Shown piece after piece: positions 39,970-52,250 of a DNA stretch of 64,000 bases. The stretch's first letter is position 1, and each line of letters starts with the position of its first letter. The notes under the pieces are model-generated. The model was not told the DNA's origin and made no database searches. It saw nothing but the letters and a program-made list of their open reading frames with translations. The position numbers and the translations under genes were made by a program. This DNA is from Lama guanicoe. Lineage: Eukaryota. The DNA lies in contig MU053652.1 in NCBI GenBank assembly GCA_013239625.1, forward strand, positions 1,366,001-1,430,000, in the 5' to 3' direction.

Positions 39970-40165
39970 TGTTTAGTACTTTGTTTATAATTTAGCAACC
40001 TGATTAAAAGACCTTGTGAGCCAGCTGAAGACAAGGATCCCATGTTATTCAGCACTTGTCATAGTTAATGGCATATAATGAACGCTTAATAAGTTGTCTA
40101 TGGCTTAACAATATTTGTTGTTGGAGTAACTGATTAGATGAATGAATGAATGAATGAATGAATGA
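39970..40165 (+). mobile_element. L2 3' end with (GAAT)n tail
   Basis: ccttgtgagcc...gaagacaaggatcc...ggcatataatgaacgcttaataa followed by gaatgaatgaatgaatgaatgaat. Confidence 0.6.
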
Positions 40166-43100
40166 GTCAACTCTCATATTTTCTGTCCTTAGACCAATTT
40201 TAGTGAACATTCTAAAGTAGCAGGATAAGGAAAATGAAAGTAACTCACAAAGTCTCCTAGGTAAAGTACCTTAAAATAACTTTTAATTTGTGTCAGCATA
40301 AGTTCGATATATTATACAGATACACATGTTTAAAGTAAAAGAAATCCATGTGTTGTATATGCTCAAGATTAGTATTTTCCAAATTGTCTATTTAGAATTA
40401 CTTTACCAAGTCAGGTGAGAGTAAATGCCATGCTTTTCTTTAATAATAGTGATAATAATAATAATTATTATTATTATTGACCTTGTTGAAATCTTTCAAA
40501 TAAAAATTATTTGGTATGTTTTAAGATGACTTGATCTCATTCACACACTGATGTAGCCTTTGAAGGTTCAGATCTAACATTCGGCACTGGACATATCTTC
40601 ATTCTACTTGTAGGTCTTTTGAAGGGACAAAGAAAATACTTCTCTCGCTATTGCAGTTCTTATAACCAAGGGCCACTTCAATGAACTGTGATTTAATTTT
40701 GTTCCTACTGAGTGCATGGCAGGAGGTGATGTTTCTACTCAGAATACTTTGTATAAACTGCTGCTCAGGCACCTTTAGAGCAAAAAGTTGCATTGTTAAC
40801 CTGCTAGTGCTCATTCTTGCTATAGCATTATGACTTGACATTTATTAAGCAATAACAATATACCAGGCATTGTTAAGAAAGGGAGAGAGAAGGGTGGCTT
40901 GTACTTCTCTAAGTTAAGGCTCACTCCAACTAAAGTGCAACATGTTAGCTGTAGAATTTCGCTTATTGAGAAGACTGTGTGTGAGCTTGAAAATCATCTC
41001 ATGAGTGCTCTGTTGTCCTAAAGTGAATGTGTTTGAGAGTTGATTTGGAGTTTTTCCAAAGTGAGTTAATGTTGACATCAGTTATGTTCTGTGTCCTCAA
41101 ACTCTGTATAGTTATTGCTTCTTATTCCAGCTATCCTTTATGCAAGTAAAAATTAGTTTATCGCCCTTTTGAGAGATATAAACCTTGCTGCACACAGCCC
41201 AAATGTGCAAGGGTACCACGATACAGTAGAAGATGAAAATTAGCCAACCCATTTAGGTCACCTGATTTTAAGAAAATATTTACAAATATTTGGGCCCTTT
41301 TTCTTTGGAGATGCAACAGAAGATGGCCCCATTTTTCTAAATCCAGATCCTTGGTGGAGTGAACCCAAGTAGCAGGGTCCCATCCAGGGCATGGTGAAGT
41401 TGGCAAGATGCCCTGAGAGTTCTCTGTGAAAAGTGGAGCAAGAGTTGCCTCCTCAGAAAAGGAAACCAGACTTTGGGGAGTCCCATGGTGTTGGAATGTA
41501 TCTCATCCACTGAGCATCACAAGAAAGCAGAGCCAGCCAGCCCCCACCAGCCTTCACGTAGCCACGTGCTACTAAGTTCTCACTCTCTTCCTAGGTTTGT
41601 CCTAATGCCGCCATCATTTCCAGGTGCCCAATATTACTGAATAAGGAAGAAAAACATATTGCAAAATTGGGAAGTGTTTTGTTTACCTTATATTCTGGTG
41701 TGTTGGTGCTCATGTGCTTACGATATGTGAAGCTCTTTGGTCTGAGACCAGTGTCCCCGTCTGTGTAGAGCACTGTATTATTCATGCCATCTCAGATAGG
41801 TGACCAGAAGTCCTGTCCTTGGGATTTACTGGCTTTAGGGCTTTTACTCAGATTCCTAAAATCCGGTGGAAGACTGGCAATACTTTCCCCTCCCTCCTTG
41901 CATATCAGCCACCTCCCTTGGATTCAGATTCCTGAGTTTTGTACTGAAGTCTTTTTCCATAGTCAACAGTAGGTTAAAATTAAAATAGTAAGTATTAAAA
42001 TATTTTCAGATATGGCTCTTTCAAGCCTTGGGTTTGTAGGATAGAATTCTATAAACTCTGTTGTATCTCAGGCCAAAGCTGAGCTTTTCTTTTACAACGC
42101 CAAAGTTGAATCTGTCACTTGAATGGTACGGTGCTCATTATTGGTAACAATCTGTTGTCAGCCTGATTGGTTCATTGAACAAAGGGCAGAACCAGGTGAA
42201 GTCAAGGTTGGCGTTCCCTCCACTGATAACAGTGGAGGCCTGTTATGATAGATAACATCATAGCTAATATTCAGCATTTTAGAAAATAAATGTAAAAGCA
42301 AAGTATTCTCTTTATTGTATTTTAAGATTTTATAGCAAAATGTGTATGAAGACAAATTGAAACAAAGAAAGCAGGCATCTTTTGGAGATGTTTGGCCTTC
42401 AAAGTATAATTGTGGAAATCTGATTACAGCTCAGATAGAGACATTAGTAAGGATGGTTAGCAGTTATTAAGAATGTCAGAAGAGCTTGAAATTGAGTTGT
42501 TTTTCAGATCTTGCATTGTTATAAGGACGCTGTTTACATTTTATTTTGAAAACGAATCAGGATATTGCAATTTAAATAAAATTAAAAATGAAAAAAATTT
42601 AATAGGTGATAATGAATACATTTGAGATAAATACTTCCTTTATGTTGCATTTTATGATAGCTTTATTATATGAAATAAGAGACATGAGTGAATTATTAAA
42701 TATTGGCAATACTCTAGGTAGGTTTAGTTTTGTATTGTGAAAGAAAAGCAGAAATCCTGACCACTGGCCTTGCCATCTGATGAAACGTTCAGTACAGAAT
42801 ACAGTTAGAGTTTTTGTTGTTCCAGAGGAGTTAGAACCCAAGATGTCACTCCTTGGCTGTGTTGTGTACCTGCTTTTAATGTGGTGGATACCATTTTCTG
42901 AGGCCACGAGATCCCATGAAGGATGCATTGTCGCAGTCTGTTTAAAAGCTCAGAATTCCCCTTGTAGCGCCAGTCATTCTCGCATCCTTCCTACACTCAT
43001 AGTGAACAATTTTTGTGTTCCTGAGAGCTTTAGGAATTGTGACTGCTCGCTGATTGTCAATACATGACTTCTTGAGGCTTCTGAATGGCACGAGGAAGGT

Positions 43101-46069
43101 TATCTCCATATTTTATCTTCTCTGAAATTACCTCATTATCCTTGCCATTTATATTAGAACTAAAAAGATGGTTAAGTAGTTTCCTTGAAATACATAGCTC
43201 AGACTCACAGCAGAGAAGTTCCTGAGACATGAAAGTAGGAGAGGCAGCAGCATATCCAACAGCCGTAAAACAGATAACTGAGTATAAATGTATTACACTA
43301 GAGTCTTACGAGGAGAGTTCTGAATACTGCTTATTTATCTCAGCTTCATTTTTACCGAGATGTCTTCATTTCTCTTTGACCAATTAATTCAACTTACAGA
43401 AAACTAAACAAAGGAAATCATCAGAAACAGTAGTGATCATTTGTATCCATCACCATGGTGTTTTAAACATTTAAAAATTAGAAACTGCCTAAATGTGTCT
43501 TTAGACTTTCCGGGTTTTTTTTCCCCAAAGTTTCAACAATGGACCTGTCAGTGTCATGAGAAAAATACTTGGATATATTTTCTTAGCTGCTTTTTAAGTG
43601 AATATTAGCACTAAACATTAGCAAAAATTGTTTTACTGGCTACAGGATACCTACTAGGAGTGCTTTGCTGGGTTTTGTTCTCTATCCAGACCTTTGCTCT
43701 CCAGTTCTGCTGTTGAATACTGTCAGCAACCTCCTTGGCCTTAAGTGCCACTGTGGGGTCAGCTGGGCTGGGGTTGTGAAGGGCAGAGGGCCAGCGTCTA
43801 GTGCTGGTGGGAATGAGGGGAGAGATGGGGAACAGAGTAAAGAGTACCAGAAGAAAATGAAAAGGGAAGAGAGACCAGATGTGCAGGTGGTGGGATCCAT
43901 CAGAAGTCCTCAATAATTTCAAGTACCATTAACCTGGATTTTTTCTTTTTTTTGAGGAATATATATTTTCATGTATCAACTTTATTCCACTGGTTTCTTT
44001 TTGGTAAATATGTTTTTGGATAACTGTTTTATCTCTAACGTCTTCATTATGGTTTTGAGTTCTCCAAATATTTCTTCTTTGTCTTAATATTTGTCATTCA
44101 CCATTTTTTATCTTTCCATATAAAGAAATTAAATTATTTAAATGTCTCTTGAAGCTTAGATTTAATTTTCCTTCTTGGGTATCTTGAAATTCTGCCTTTT
44201 GTTATTTTTACCTAATAGTGGCTTTTTCCATCAGCAGGAATGAAAGCAGTCAATAAAAATCAATTGCTGACTCAATGACTGTATGGGGGGTTTACCATAA
44301 TGCATATTGGAAATGTCTTTGAAACCCTTTTCCTGAATGGAAGGTGCCATACTTGGTTTTTATGGCCTTCTAATGTTAGACAGTAATCTCATTTAGCATT
44401 TTCCCAAAGTGAAAACAGTGCATTAGGGCAGCATAACAAGCATTGCAGATCAATACAGAGGCAGAGCTTTGCCCTTACAGATTAATCCCAGCAAAATGTA
44501 CCAGAGTCTAGTCCAGGAACTGGAAAACCATTCATTATGTTGATTTCCACTCTTCTCCCCCTCATTCTGCCATCTAATCATCAATATAGGTTGAAATATA
44601 TACAAAAAAGATTTCAGAAGATGTTTGCGTTAGCATAACACACACACTCACACAGAACAGACTACCAGACAGGAAATCAGAGCCCTGGAAGTGAGCAGTA
44701 TTGATTTGTGGTGATAAAAGTATATTTTGACACATTTCAAATCATAAATAACTCATGGACTTTAACTTGCATTACTAATAGCTCAACCCAGGATGAATGC
44801 TTATATATAACTTAAATTACCTCTTTCTAAGGAATCCATGGTATTAGATGAATGAATCCCATTGTGAATAGTCTTCATAGAAGGAAAAAAGCACAGCATC
44901 TTCTTTGTGATGAGCAGTATGTGGAAGCTCTTTCTTTGCAGTCTTTTACTGTGTGTTAATAGAGGGAGGGGCTACATATCTAGTCCAAATGCTTCTAGCC
45001 TTCTCTCCCATCTTCCTTCCCTGATGTTTAAATTTAAGATGCGTTGGAGGGACGATGGTCCTCAACGTTAGGATAAAATGTAACCTTGCTTTCTCATGAA
45101 CTGTTCTAGGCATTAGTCAGATATTTGCTAGGTTCAGCTGACCTGATGCTCAATCCTGTTTTTTTTTTCACTATTTATCCAGATGTGTGTCTTGCTATAT
45201 AATCAGTTAGTTGTGTCTGTGCTTCTACTCTTTGAAGCACAGCTGACTCCTGTTAGACACTGATGTTCATGGTAGAGGATTAGGGAAATCTGTCCAGAAA
45301 AATTCACAGACATCTGAACTTCGAAATCTTAAAGAGAATTGAAACTGCTGGGATTGGATTTAAATTCTGTTCCCAGGTATTTGGCAAAACAGTAAGGTAA
45401 TGAATGAAAAAGTTATGTAAAATTTATGGGATTATTTTTTGCTCTTTATGTCTCCTTTTTTAGAAGGTGGTAGGGAGTAAATTCCCTTAGGGACCAGTTT
45501 GCATTTCAGTTTTCTGTTCTAGCAAAATATATATATCAGCTTTGTGTGTTGGATAAAAGTAATAAAGAGACAAATCATCACCCAGGGGTTTCCTTATTGA
45601 TGAGAAATATTCCTTCTGTGTTCTCTAGGGGTTTTTTTAGGACCCATCAAATTTAAAGTAATGCTGTTTCGAGATTACTATGGAAATAACAGATTTAAAT
45701 TTCAAAAAAATAACTGATAGGAAAGGCTGGAACCTTTTGTATTAAGCAAAACTAATTTGAAAGAAATATGGATTCTTAGGTTAAAGTGATATATGTATTT
45801 TTTTCTGTGTATTTAGTCCTTATAATCCAAGTTCCTCTACCATCTTAACAAGAATGTTTCATATTTGTTTGTATAATCCATTTGGTTTATTTCATTATCA
45901 TTTTTCAAGTGTCTATTAACTTTCTGGAAGCATATATGTTTAATACTGCCTATTCACTGAAAACAATCTAACTAAAATCTTGACATTTGTAAGAGTATAA
46001 TTAGTAAAGTTTTAGCTCAGGGAATTAAAAAAATTTTCTCTCCACCCATTTGTATTTTTTCCAGCGTTT

Positions 46070-46800
46070 ATTGCATGACTTCTAGAAGAGGTATCCATGT
46101 GGATAGCTGAGATCACACAGGAAATAAGACATAGTCTTTACTACTTGGGATTTGCATGCTAGTAAAATGCAGGAGACTGTAGAGTAGTCCGTGTTAAGTA
46201 CATGGTGAAAAAAGTTACTATAGGATCGGAGGTCACCATAGGGAATGGTAGACTCTACCATGGATGGGGAGAGCTAGTGAAAGCTGCATAGAGGAAGTTA
46301 TACTTCCATACTTAGCACAAGTATTCAAAGATGAGTAGCTATTTTCCAGATACATGGAGATGGTTGAAGGTTTGGGTTCAGAGCATTTCCAAAATCAAGA
46401 GCAGTGTGAAGCAAAGACATGAAGGAATGTGTAAGAACCAAGCCCTGGAAGGGGTTTAGTTGGGCTGCAGCAGGTACAGGGTGGGGGAGATTAAGGTGAC
46501 AGAGTAGACAGAAACCTGATCCAAAAGGACCTGCCTCTTGACCTTGTATTTTATTTAGAAAGCAGACACTCTCTGAGACTTAAGTATTAGAACCTTCTGG
46601 GAGGTAGGAGCAGAGGGTGAAAGCTTAGAGATAGAGAGACCGTGGAGATCATTGCCTGAATCCAAGGTATAAGTGATTAGGAATTAATGTAAGGACAGTG
46701 AGTATGGAGAAAGAGGACTGAACTGCGGGATCTCGAGTTTCGTGTCCAATTGAAAGGGGGAATGGAAGAGAAAGTTAGGGCTCCCGGGTGGCTGATTCCG
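46070..46800 (-). mobile_element. L2 fragment
   Basis: cgtttattgcatgacttcta...aaataagacatagtcttt... degenerate antisense L2. Confidence 0.6.
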
Positions 46801-47072
46801 CTGGCTGGGCTGAAGAGTGATTGGTACCATTCACGTGGTTCTGTTTTGGATTGGGTGGGAACGTTAAACTGTACAGAGAGGCTCGCAGTGATCAGTTAAT
46901 AGTACTAGTTTCATAGAAATCACTTCTTTTTAAGATTGAGGAAAGTGATTTCTCTTAAACTTTTTTTTCTGCATTTGCAACATTTGTATTTCAGTGTTTT
47001 ATGTATTCTTTAGCCTTGATCTTTATTTTGTTGAAGACCGTTTGTCTGAGTGGTCCCTGTTTTTGTTTTCAG

Positions 47073-47208
47073 GCGGTATGAGTGTCATCCTGTCTGTGCT
47101 GATCTGCAGGCCCAAATCCTCCAGTGTTACCGCCAGAACACCCAGCAGACCCTCAGCTGCTCTGCTCTGGCCAGCCAGTACATGCGCTGTGTCAATCAGG
47201 CCAAACAG
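47073..47208 (+). CDS. CHCHD3: CHCHD3/MIC19 penultimate exon encoding the CHCH domain (136 bp)
   Basis: Acceptor gtttttgttttcag|, donor CAG|gtgggt. Translates RYECHPVCADLQAQILQCYRQNTQQTLSCSALASQYMRCVNQAKQ with CX9C-X10-CX9C spacing. Confidence 0.97.
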
Positions 47209-48714
47209 GTGGGTGTACAAGCCAAGCTAATTGGAGCACCAGAGGACTGGAAAGCCCAACATCATGGGCACTGGTGAGAACTCAGGAGGCTAATGTGTGT
47301 GGAAAAGCCTTATAAACCAAACTAGTCATCATCATCAAGAATTGCTGTCGCGAGTTGGTTAGGTCCTGGTCAGCTTTCATCCGGGTGGTTGTGGGAAGAG
47401 TCTGCAGACTCCTTCTCTTTGACTCATTTACTTGCAGGGGATGGTGGTGGTGGGGAAGGTTCTACCTGAAATAACACCTTTTCCAGTTGCTCTGAACTTT
47501 TGTCCTCTACTTTGTAATTGCGCCCTCAAGGTCATTGCCACATATTTCTGGTCAGCAGCTTTGGAACCATCAACAGGTTGTAGTCATGTAGAAAGCCTGG
47601 TTTTAAAAGACAAAAGACAATCATAAAACTAAAACAAAAACCCATCATACAAGCAGCATTCAGTCTTCTACCAGTCTGTAGAGTCCACTCAGTTGAGCAG
47701 GGCAAGAGAGGCCAGAGATGGATTTAGGAAACAGTTTCCATCACGTCTGTCTCCTATCTTCATATTCTTCTCAGGAACTTTCATATCAGAATAACATGAT
47801 GGTCACAGGATGTGTGTTTTCTCTAATTCATGTACTTTAGAAAGCTAATGATAAACCCTGAAGGAAATTATCAATTCTGGCAGGTCACATAATTGCCTAT
47901 CACTTAACTGATTTAACAGTTGGTTATCGGTTGCTCTGAGAGATGGAAATTGTTGGAAACCATGGTTCTTTATGCTGATAAACTCCCTAGAGTTGACCTT
48001 CTAACCCAACTAAATCTAGTGTTCAAGTTACACAGCATGCCTTCCTGCAGTCTAATTTGCTGTAGTTATAATAATGCTGCTCAGTGTGAATTTCTAACTC
48101 TGTGTAAATATCTGTTGGGAGGGTTGGTATTGTCTGGATAGCTGGAAAATACCAGTAACACTAGTATGAAAAATAGAATCAAGACTTACTAAAACCTGTG
48201 TTGTCTTTAGAAGCCTTGCGGCTTGAGGCTCTTTTCTGTCTCCTTGTAGCAGCACGTGTATAACTCTCAGAAGTAGCCAGTGGTTCCTTTCTTTTAAGGT
48301 CTTTGGTAAAAGTAATGTTACTAATGTTAAGTTAGTAAATTTTATTTGTCAAATAACAGCTTCTGATGTGCTCCTAACATTCTCCAGCCTTCAATATTAA
48401 TACTGACTGAAGCACATGGAACCTGTAAGTTGGACGCATGGATTTTTCTAGCTTGATATTAGTGCCATACTGAGGTGGGGGTGGTGGTCGTTGCACAGAA
48501 TGTTGGTGACAAAGTGTGTGTGTCATCACTGGTGTCTTGTAATATAACTGCTCTTGTCCACAATGTGATTTGTAACATTACCGAAGCAGCAGCTGCAGTG
48601 GTGTCTGGAGTATTGACTGAATCCTGATTGTCTAGTTTGTGTTCAACTGTCTACATGTAGCCCCATGAGGTCAACAGCGTACATTTATAGAATAAAACAG
48701 AGTTAACTTGTGAC

Positions 48715-48890
48715 AAAGTCAAATATGCAGTAGAATTTGAATCGGGCAAATCCAAGTTTGTATCCAGGCCCTGCTTTTTACTGGCTCTGTGACCTTGGGC
48801 CTTGATTTTAATCCTCCATGAAATGAGGTGATGTCATCTACAGTGTTGTGCCAATTCCATTTCTGTAAAGTATTCAATAAGTCTGAAGTT
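48715..48890 (+). mobile_element. MIR
   Basis: ccaagtttgtatccaggccctgc...ggctctgtgaccttgggc...tttaatcctc. Confidence 0.6.
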
Positions 48891-49189
48891 TTTTTCCTTC
48901 TGTCCTCAGTGGTGGTATTCCATGCTGAAACCAACTTAAACAAATCGGCCAGAAACCTCAAATTATTACTAGTCATTCTAAAGGGGCCCTCTTCCTCCTT
49001 TCCACCCCCATCTGCAATATAGTTTAATATTATTTTCAGTGAGTATATTTCAGGTGCCTATTGTTTTCACAACTCTTATATTCAAGTATTAGACTTAGAA
49101 TGTATAACACCAGGCAGTATTAAAAAGATACATCCACAAAAACCTTTTAAACCTAAAATGGGCAACACTGAAATGGGCAATTACCAAGA

Positions 49190-49350
49190 AACAGTAGTAA
49201 CACCTTGAATTTCTATATAGTGCTTTTGAGTTCAAGGTCATTTCACATCCAATCTCTTGCTTGTTTTTTATGACAGCCTGAGATGTAAATAGAGATGGTT
49301 TTATTTTCACCATTTTACAGTTGAGAGAATTGAAACCCAGGGAAGTCATG
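49190..49350 (-). mobile_element. MIR
   Basis: gacagcctgagatgta...ccattttacagttgagagaattgaaacccagggaagtca (MIR core, antisense). Confidence 0.7.
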
Positions 49351-52074
49351 ATGGTAAATTTAACAGCTAGACCGAGGTATACCTTGCCATAAAAACAACA
49401 AATTTAAACGTAGTGTTTGGTTTTTGAGTTAGGTGTGTGAAGAAACACCCATTTTCCACTAATACAGATAGAAGGCAATGAGGGAAGATGTGAACGATAA
49501 TTGTGAAGCAAAGGGAAAAAACTTGAAAATCACATGAATTAGTGATTGAGGCTGAAAGTAGCAAATAGTGGAGTGAGATTAGGAAGGGCATGAGCAGAGG
49601 TGCCGCTTAGCACGGCCCCGTTCAAGACCACGTCAGACTGGCTGGCACGGTTTTGCCAGTGTTTCATGAGTGGTCCCTTTGCCACGAACACCACCTTTTC
49701 CTTTCTCTTTTTGAGAAGTTAGTCTAACTTTGTGACCCCAACTCTGCCCCTGTTGCTAGAAAGAAATTTCAGCACACGTGATCCTGATCTTTTATTATAA
49801 CAGTTCCTGACCAGTCAACACCCCTCTTCTTAGGTTTCCTTGTTAAATGCAAAGAACGAGCTGGACATGCTGAAATACTAAACACAGCAACAGCCCATTA
49901 GGTTGTGTTGTCCATTTCCGGCGTAGTGCGAGTTTTCCCCTTGGAGTAATTCCAGTAGCCAAGTCCACTCCACTTTTAAATGACTCATAAGCCGGGGCTT
50001 TCACTGGTTCCCTTGGGGCATTGTCCTGTAGACTAATAGATTTTACTGATAGGAAAATTTCCGGATATTCCTTAGCCTTACTTTTCATTTCTTACTCATC
50101 CACTTTATTCACATCAATCTTTCTTCAGCTAGTCTTACAATTCCTCACAGGTCAACATGAGACATTTAGACTGTTACTTCTAGTATATTAAGTTATATGT
50201 TCTTCATAATGGTAAAGAGAAATTAAATTGCTGTAATTATTACTTCTAAGACTTAAAAGCTATTGGCTTGCTATATGAAATTATAGAGATACAGCATTTT
50301 AAAAATTAGGAGGACATCAGTTGATAGATTTCTGTGTCTTTTATTTCTCAAATCTGCTTAGCCTCATAGCTTTCTATAAACTCCCAAGATTAAATTACCT
50401 GTTCTTACCATTAAAACCTGATTCCCATTCAGTCTTGCTTCACCTACCTTACAGGAGAAGGAAGGGAGGGGGAAATGAGAAGTCCGTAGTGTTGACCCAC
50501 TAGTGGACCAAAGTGCTCAAGTTCTCTTTATAAAAGGAAGGTGTGTAGAAAGGGCTTGCTCCCAGATCTGCACTGCCCCTGCTCCTTGGGATGCCCCGCT
50601 GCCCCTCAGTATACGTGCAGAATCCAGCTGCTTAGCAGGTAGCAACTCTAAGCATTTCAGCTCTTTCCCCAGCTCTGAAGCTGGCTGGTCTCTTGAACAT
50701 TCTGTGTTCACTGGAGAGGAGAGTGTGTGGGAAATGGTTGCTGACGTTCTGACCTGGTCATGGTGACCTGGGCTTCCATTTCTTCTTTAGTAAATTAAGG
50801 ATTTCAACTTTTTTACATGGGCTGTTTGGCACAAGGAGCATCCCTGCTTTGGGGACTTTCAGGATTTGTGCCTCTGCCTCTTAGATTTTGCTGTCAGCCT
50901 TAAGCTTTCGCTCTGGAAGAACAGCTGCACTTCTGATTGATCTGCATGTTCCACCGTCTTTCCCTGAAGCTCGTGCTCCTGACAGCCCTGGGGAAGCCCA
51001 GGTGACAGAATCAACTGGAAGGGGTGAGAGCAGTCTCACAGTTTCCCCAAAGTCGGTGAAGTGAACAGTGGCTGTCTTAGCGCTGCCTGGCAGAGTGCAG
51101 CCTCCTGGCTAGTAAACTGCATTAGGAAGTGCAGCAGTCTCCCTCAGCCAGCCCTGGGCCACTCTCCTGCGATGGCTTTCACCCTGTGGGCCGTGGACAA
51201 AGCAGGAAGCTGGATCAGAAGAGCCAAGGAAAGACTAGCACTGAAAGTAAGGGCCGGACTCAGGAGATGCTCAGGGGACAGAGTAGAGGGTGGAGGCTGG
51301 AGTCAGGTGACGGTGGCCAGGCAGGAGTCGATAACCCATAGCGGAGGTTTAAATCAACAGGTGGGCAGTGGAACCAGGTGAGCTGCTCAGCTAAAGGAAG
51401 GACCAAAATCAGGATGTCTTACAAGTGACATCCTCCACTTAGGCCTATATGCTTTATGCTGCTCTCCTGGAGGAGATCAAGACGTTACTCAACTATAGTG
51501 GGGAACATAGGGTCAAGACCCTGATAAGTGAGGCCAGATCCTAATATGAAGTGTCTCCACCCTTAGACTAGTGTACCCGATTTTCCATTTCAACAAAGTA
51601 AATGATGTCTCTGGTCCATGGTTAACCTCTGAGATAGAAGGCGTTGAGGTCAGTGCCTGTGGAGGATTTTGCCGTGGCAGAACATGTCAGCGTTCTTGAG
51701 GACAGTGTATTTTCTCTCCCCTAATACTTGGATTTATGTTTGATCAGGGCTCAAATACATCCCTGTTACTTGAGTATGAAGAGCACCTGAAAACATAGTA
51801 GTAGTTGTCACTTTAGAAATCAGAATTTTTGAAAGAAAAACTTAGTGCCAGAGCAACTGTATTTGATCATTGTTCTCAGATGAACTGTAAATTACGTGCA
51901 AATGTTTGAATAGACTCAGAAGCTGTTAGAGTTAGAAAAACGGTGAGATCATGTAACCGAATCACATCTTTTCTCTTGGAAAAATTAGCATCCAGAAGAG
52001 TTTCAGTGATCTGCAGGTGAGGCGGAGTCCAGACCAGAAGAGTCTGATGCCAAACCCAGTACGCTCCTCCCTCT

Positions 52075-52250
52075 AACATCAAATCTCAAATGTGGGTGAT
52101 CAGAATCACCTGGGAGGTTTATTTAAAATGAACATGCCTGGCCCATCCTGATTTTAATTTAGAAAGTCTGAGGTGGGTGGGACCCAACATCTGAACTTCC
52201 AACAAATTCCCCAGGTAACCCTGTCCGCAGAGTCTGAGAACCACAGCTCT
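52075..52250. mobile_element. MER5A-like hAT-Charlie MITE
   Basis: tctcaaatgt...atcagaatcacctgggagg...gtctgaggtggg...aacaaattccccaggt...agtctgagaaccac. Confidence 0.75.

Noticed and set aside
47050..47277. 75-aa ORF as a standalone CHCH gene or retrocopy
   Set aside because: It is the CHCHD3 exon plus intronic flanks, with canonical splice sites in phase with neighbouring exons.
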